From assembly GCA_040398005.1 (NCBI GenBank), contig JBBAUX010000004.1:66926-130925 (forward strand): a stretch of DNA of 64,000 nucleotides, given 5' to 3'. The stretch comes from Opitutales bacterium. GTDB taxonomy: Bacteria; Verrucomicrobiota; Verrucomicrobiia; Opitutales; UBA953. Both the position numbers and the translations under genes were made by a program. The notes under the pieces were generated by a model. That model was given only the letters and a program-made list of their open reading frames with translations, had not been told where the DNA came from and did not search any database. This document shows positions 60,115-64,000 of this stretch, one piece after another. Position 1 is the stretch's first letter. Each line of letters opens with the position of its first letter.

Positions 60115-60699
60115 ATGTCATTCTCGGTTATCGCCGCCCTCGGCAATCCAGGCCCTGAATACATCTCCACCCGACATAATGCCGGATGGATTCTCTTGGA
60201 CGCACTGGCTCAAAAAGTCGGTGCGGTTTGGAAGGAAGAAAAACGTTTTTCCGTTCAAGTTGCGAAAGTAACTTTCGGAAATACTAACGTTTTTTTAGTA
60301 AAGCCCCAATCGTTCATGAACGAAAGCGGATCCCCTTTAACTAAGTTCCTCCACTTCCATCAAATTCCTGCAAGTGACCTCGTTGTCTGCTACGACGACA
60401 TTGCATTTGAACCAGGATTGATGCGACTGACCCAAGGAGGTTCTGATGCCGGTCACAACGGTATCACGAGTTGTATGCAACACCTGAGCAACGATTTCAT
60501 TCGTGCTCGTATTGGAATCGGCCCCAAGAAACACCCCGCCCAAGATTTAGCGGACCATGTACTCGGCAAAATACCCGACGATGACTTAGCTCGCCTTCGC
60601 CAAAGCTTACCAGACTTCATTCACGGACTCGAAATTTTAATCTCCCAAGGCCTCCCGGCCGCCCAAAACTTTACCAACCGAAAAAACCATTCACTATGA
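60115..60699 (+). CDS. pth: Peptidyl-tRNA hydrolase
   Basis: LGNPGPEY..TRHNAG, KPQSFMNESG, GHNG, RIGIG. Confidence 0.96.
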   Translation: MSFSVIAALGNPGPEYISTRHNAGWILLDALAQKVGAVWKEEKRFSVQVAKVTFGNTNVFLVKPQSFMNESGSPLTKFLHFHQIPASDLVVCYDDIAFEPGLMRLTQGGSDAGHNGITSCMQHLSNDFIRARIGIGPKKHPAQDLADHVLGKIPDDDLARLRQSLPDFIHGLEILISQGLPAAQNFTNRKNHSL

Positions 60700-61004
60700 C
60701 TACAGCCACCACACGCCGACGCCACTACACCGTCAGCTTTATTCTCGACCTCCGCGGTTCCGCCGAGGCTCCTGATGCCGCAATTGATCGTTTAAAAGAA
60801 ATCCTCAAGTCCCTCGACTGTAAGGTATCCGAAGTCGAAAATCTCGGCCAACGTGAATTCAGCCGCGCCGTCGACCGCAAGTTCCTCAGCGGTCTCTACG
60901 TCCAAATCAAATTTGAAGGTCCAGTCACTGCGCCTGTTGCTTTCGCCGAAAAACTTCGTCTCGACCGCACCGTGGATCGTATCTTGGTTCAATTGGTAAA
61001 ATAA
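60696..61004 (+). CDS. rpsF: 30S ribosomal protein S6
   Basis: Y...FIL, ENLGQREF, GLYVQIKF; position before ssb. Confidence 0.85.
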   Translation: MTTATTRRRHYTVSFILDLRGSAEAPDAAIDRLKEILKSLDCKVSEVENLGQREFSRAVDRKFLSGLYVQIKFEGPVTAPVAFAEKLRLDRTVDRILVQLVK

Positions 61005-61024
61005 TTTCTAACTAAACTCACCCC

Positions 61025-61462
61025 ATGGCTTCGTCCTACAATCGCGTTATTCTCGCAGGCAATATGACCCGCGACCCTGAAGCCAAAGCTTTGCCTTCAG
61101 GCCAAGCGTTGACGAAGTTCTCCCTGGCTGTGAATCGTGCCTACACCACCAAAGAAGGTGAGAAGCGCGAAGAAGTGACTTACGTAGACATCGAGAGCTA
61201 CGGTAAACAAGCGGAAGTGATTGCCAAATATTGTGGCAAAGGTTCCGGCATCTTAGTCGAAGGCCGTCTCAAACTCGATCAGTGGGAAGACAAAAAATCC
61301 GGCGAGAAGCGTTCGCGTCTCGGCGTGGTTTTAGAAAACTTTACTTTCTTAGGTGGCAAACCCCAAGGCGGCGAAGAAGGCGGATCTGCCCCTCGCTCCC
61401 GTGGCGGCAACGACACTCCTGCACCCTCGGCACCTGAAGGTGGCGACGATGTCCCATTCTAA
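61025..61462 (+). CDS. ssb: Single-stranded DNA-binding protein
   Basis: NRVILAGNMTRDPE, VEGRL, C-terminal DDVPF. Confidence 0.97.
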   Translation: MASSYNRVILAGNMTRDPEAKALPSGQALTKFSLAVNRAYTTKEGEKREEVTYVDIESYGKQAEVIAKYCGKGSGILVEGRLKLDQWEDKKSGEKRSRLGVVLENFTFLGGKPQGGEEGGSAPRSRGGNDTPAPSAPEGGDDVPF

Positions 61463-61495
61463 ATTTTATAATAATAATTAAACCCGACCACCACT

Positions 61496-62077
61496 ATGGC
61501 ATACACCGAAGTTTTACTCATTAAGCCCGTCGACGGCCTTGGCGCCGAAGGCGAGCAAGTCCGCGTCCGCGCAGGCTACGCACGCAATTTCTTGTTCTTA
61601 CAAGGCATTGCTCTCCCCGTTAATCGCGCTAACACTAAGTACATCGAGTCTTTGAAACAAGCTCGCACCGTACGCGAGGCCCGCGACCTCGAAGTAGCCA
61701 CTACCTTGGCTGCTAAGTTAGCTGCGGTGAAATTAACCTTTGCCGTGAAGACCGGTGAAGGAGGCAAGATGTTTGGCGCGATCAGCACTGCTGAAATCGC
61801 TGCTAAGCTCGCTGAACATGGTATCGAGTTGGAGCGCAAGCGCATCCACCTCGGCCAAGGTCCTGTCAAATTACTTGGTAAACACGTCTCGACCATTCGC
61901 CTCCATGCCGACGTCACCGTCGAACAGGAGTTTGAGGTAATCTCGGAAAATCCAATCGAAGAGATTAAGGAAGTTGCCGAAGAGTCCGATCGTCCTGAGC
62001 GCGATAAGAAGCCTCGCAAGCAACCTCGCAGCGATAAGTCTGAGAAGTCGGACAAGAAATCTAAAGCGAAGAAGTAA
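61496..62077 (+). CDS. rplI: 50S ribosomal protein L9
   Basis: LGAEGEQVRVRAGYARNFL, GKMFGAIS; charged C-terminal extension. Confidence 0.96.
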   Translation: MAYTEVLLIKPVDGLGAEGEQVRVRAGYARNFLFLQGIALPVNRANTKYIESLKQARTVREARDLEVATTLAAKLAAVKLTFAVKTGEGGKMFGAISTAEIAAKLAEHGIELERKRIHLGQGPVKLLGKHVSTIRLHADVTVEQEFEVISENPIEEIKEVAEESDRPERDKKPRKQPRSDKSEKSDKKSKAKK

Positions 62078-62097
62078 AATCTCTTCTGCTCACGCAA

Positions 62098-62130
62098 AGA
62101 AAAACCCGCCAAGTTGGCGGGTTTCTTTTT
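62098..62130. terminator. Bidirectional intrinsic terminator
   Basis: AAAACCCGCC-AAGTT-GGCGGGTTTCTTTTT between convergent genes. Confidence 0.8.
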
Positions 62131-62148
62131 GGCTCAGTGATTCTGAAC

Positions 62149-63678
62149 TTAGCGAGGGAGGAGTAAGTTCGTATTATTAATCTCGAACTGTAACTCATTT
62201 TTATGGAAGTTCAGAATGCCGACCCACTGGACCGCAGTACCCTTGGCGACCGATTTAATAGACTGGGCGACTTTAGGATTGGAGATGTAGAGGTTATAAG
62301 TTTTCTCACCGACTTTTACGGCTGAGGTTTTCTTGCCGCCGCCGAGGAAGGTGCCGTCGATCACGAATAAATCGTTGATGGAGTTGGCGACTTGTTCAGC
62401 GGACATTTTTTCGAGTGAGCTGGCGCGTGGAAGTTTCGAGCGATCGATGGGTCCAGGGATTTCAGTCAGTCCTGCGCTCGGAGTTACTTCAGGACGCTTT
62501 AAGGGAATGGCTTCTTTGGCATCTTTATTGTAAACCGCGAATCTAGCCATGACAGGGAAGTGGTCGCTGACGCCGGCACCAGGTCCGTAAAGGGTAACAG
62601 GATTAGGCACGCGGGCCTGTGATTTGGCAGTTAATCCGTCGATGACGACTGCTCCAAAAGTATTACCGACGTAATCCACGCCTGAGCCATTGGCTAAGCT
62701 TTTCGAAATAATAATATGCATGAGTGTGCCCCATTCACCTTGGTAGGAATCGGAGCGTCTTTGGCTGGGTTCGACATCGTACCACAAATTATAAAGCAAG
62801 GCGCCGTTGTTATCTGCGGAAGTAAATTTTTCGATATTACCTTGTGAGCCGAGGACATCTTGAACTCCAGTGCGTCCCATTTTTGGGTAACGCTGAAGTT
62901 GATTGTAGTGAGCGTTTAAATCTCCACCGATGATGACATTGGCGTCGGGATTAGCTTTAAAAATTTCGTCGAGACGTTTGCGCAGTACGCCGGCATTTTG
63001 AATGCGAGTTTTTTCTAAACCCGCATCACCCGCGCCACTCTTCCAGTGATTCGCGTAAACATAAACGCTCTCGCCCGCGACTTCGATTTCGGCTTCCACG
63101 ATTGTACGTGCGCCATCAACCCGGAGTTGTTTGGTGCTCTTAATCGGTAGACGTGTGAGAATAGCACAGTGAATCGCCTCTTTGCTGAGATCGAACACAT
63201 CGCCCAACACGACTTGATAACCCTTAATGCCTTCGTCTTCGAGCGCTTTGACTAACCACGCTTCGATCGGCATGCCGCGCAGTTCATTGGAGAGGTCGTT
63301 CTTTAAAATATCTTTGTAGTTCTTATCTTTTTGGGCAGCGAGGAAATCGCTGACGCTGATGGTTGATTCAGGAGAGTGATCGGCTTCGAGTTCATCGATG
63401 ATGAGTATGCTGGGACCCTTGCCGCCTTCCGCGGTGCGCAGAACTTCGGCGAGACGCTGTAACTTACCGGCGAGTTTTTCTGGAGTCCAGTGATGCTCGG
63501 TGGTGTTCGTTACGGGGAAGTCCGCGTAGATGGATTTGTCATCGAGATCGAAAAGATTCTCGACGTTGAATGCCATGACGCTGAGGTTGCTGGCCGCTTT
63601 GGTTTCTTCGGCGGCACAGACGTTGATAAATGAGCCGAGGAAAATTAAGCTCAGCGAGGTAATGAAGCGGGGTGACAT
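62149..63678 (-). CDS. Secreted endonuclease/exonuclease/phosphatase family protein
   Basis: FNVENLFD, NHWKS, GGDLN, SDHFPV; signal peptide. Confidence 0.88.
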   Translation of the reverse strand: MSPRFITSLSLIFLGSFINVCAAEETKAASNLSVMAFNVENLFDLDDKSIYADFPVTNTTEHHWTPEKLAGKLQRLAEVLRTAEGGKGPSILIIDELEADHSPESTISVSDFLAAQKDKNYKDILKNDLSNELRGMPIEAWLVKALEDEGIKGYQVVLGDVFDLSKEAIHCAILTRLPIKSTKQLRVDGARTIVEAEIEVAGESVYVYANHWKSGAGDAGLEKTRIQNAGVLRKRLDEIFKANPDANVIIGGDLNAHYNQLQRYPKMGRTGVQDVLGSQGNIEKFTSADNNGALLYNLWYDVEPSQRRSDSYQGEWGTLMHIIISKSLANGSGVDYVGNTFGAVVIDGLTAKSQARVPNPVTLYGPGAGVSDHFPVMARFAVYNKDAKEAIPLKRPEVTPSAGLTEIPGPIDRSKLPRASSLEKMSAEQVANSINDLFVIDGTFLGGGKKTSAVKVGEKTYNLYISNPKVAQSIKSVAKGTAVQWVGILNFHKNELQFEINNTNLLLPR

Positions 63679-63905
63679 ACGGATTTACCCTAACCGCCTC
63701 ATTTTAATTCTCCCACCATAATAAACGCGGGAAGTACTAATTCCTAATCGCCGTTTAAACCCCTACTTAATTTACATAAAATGTTGAATGATAAACAGAT
63801 ACAAAATATAAGTCATAATTGTCACAAGTCTGACACACAATCGTCAAGTTCGACCCAATCTATTTGTTTCCTATTAAGCAGTTTGCCTCATAAATCAATT
63901 TACTG

Positions 63906-64000
63906 ATGAAGCGTTTCGATCCCCAAGTCGGACAAGCTGGACAAGGTATGTCCGCATCGGAAAATCATCGCAGTTTAAAAAGACTCTTACGAAATGCGGC
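63906..64000 (+). CDS. Possible CDS start running off the window edge
   Basis: ATG 63906, open to the end (MKRFDPQVGQAGQGMSASENHRSLKRLLRNA...); too short to identify. Confidence 0.3.
   Translation, partial: MKRFDPQVGQAGQGMSASENHRSLKRLLRNA

Noticed and set aside
61462..61496. rpsR (S18) absent between ssb and rplI
   Set aside because: Only 33 nt with no remnant. Relocation of rpsR is common and says nothing about loss from the genome.

Overview
64 kb of gene-dense bacterial chromosome. It is probably from a PVC-superphylum organism (Verrucomicrobia/Opitutales-like), inferred from the PSD1/planctomycete cytochrome c + DUF1501 pair, a PVC-type CxxCH heme protein and ATG contexts lacking Shine-Dalgarno motifs. 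Most of it is shuffled housekeeping: rpsT, rpsP, rplS, trmD, rplY-pth-rpsF-ssb-rplI, eno, pyrE, yidC, yebC, panC, dapL, cimA, HU and six tRNAs (Tyr, Phe, Arg, Val, Asn, Leu), plus transporters and carbohydrate/redox enzymes. I found no CRISPR array, integrase, transposase or rRNA. The most interesting signals are: (1) a SAM-I-clan riboswitch fold controlling a lone 83-aa uncharacterised protein; (2) a 27-codon Ile-run leader peptide with competing hairpins before citramalate synthase; (3) a self-contained MerR-like HTH + vWA two-gene module whose promoters share a motif; (4) an uncalled 39-aa very basic ORF after tRNA-Asn; (5) twin amtB genes with identically placed sigma54 promoters; (6) two probable pseudo-enzymes (RluA-like, GT9-like). 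All family calls come from motif recognition by eye; no database searches were run.
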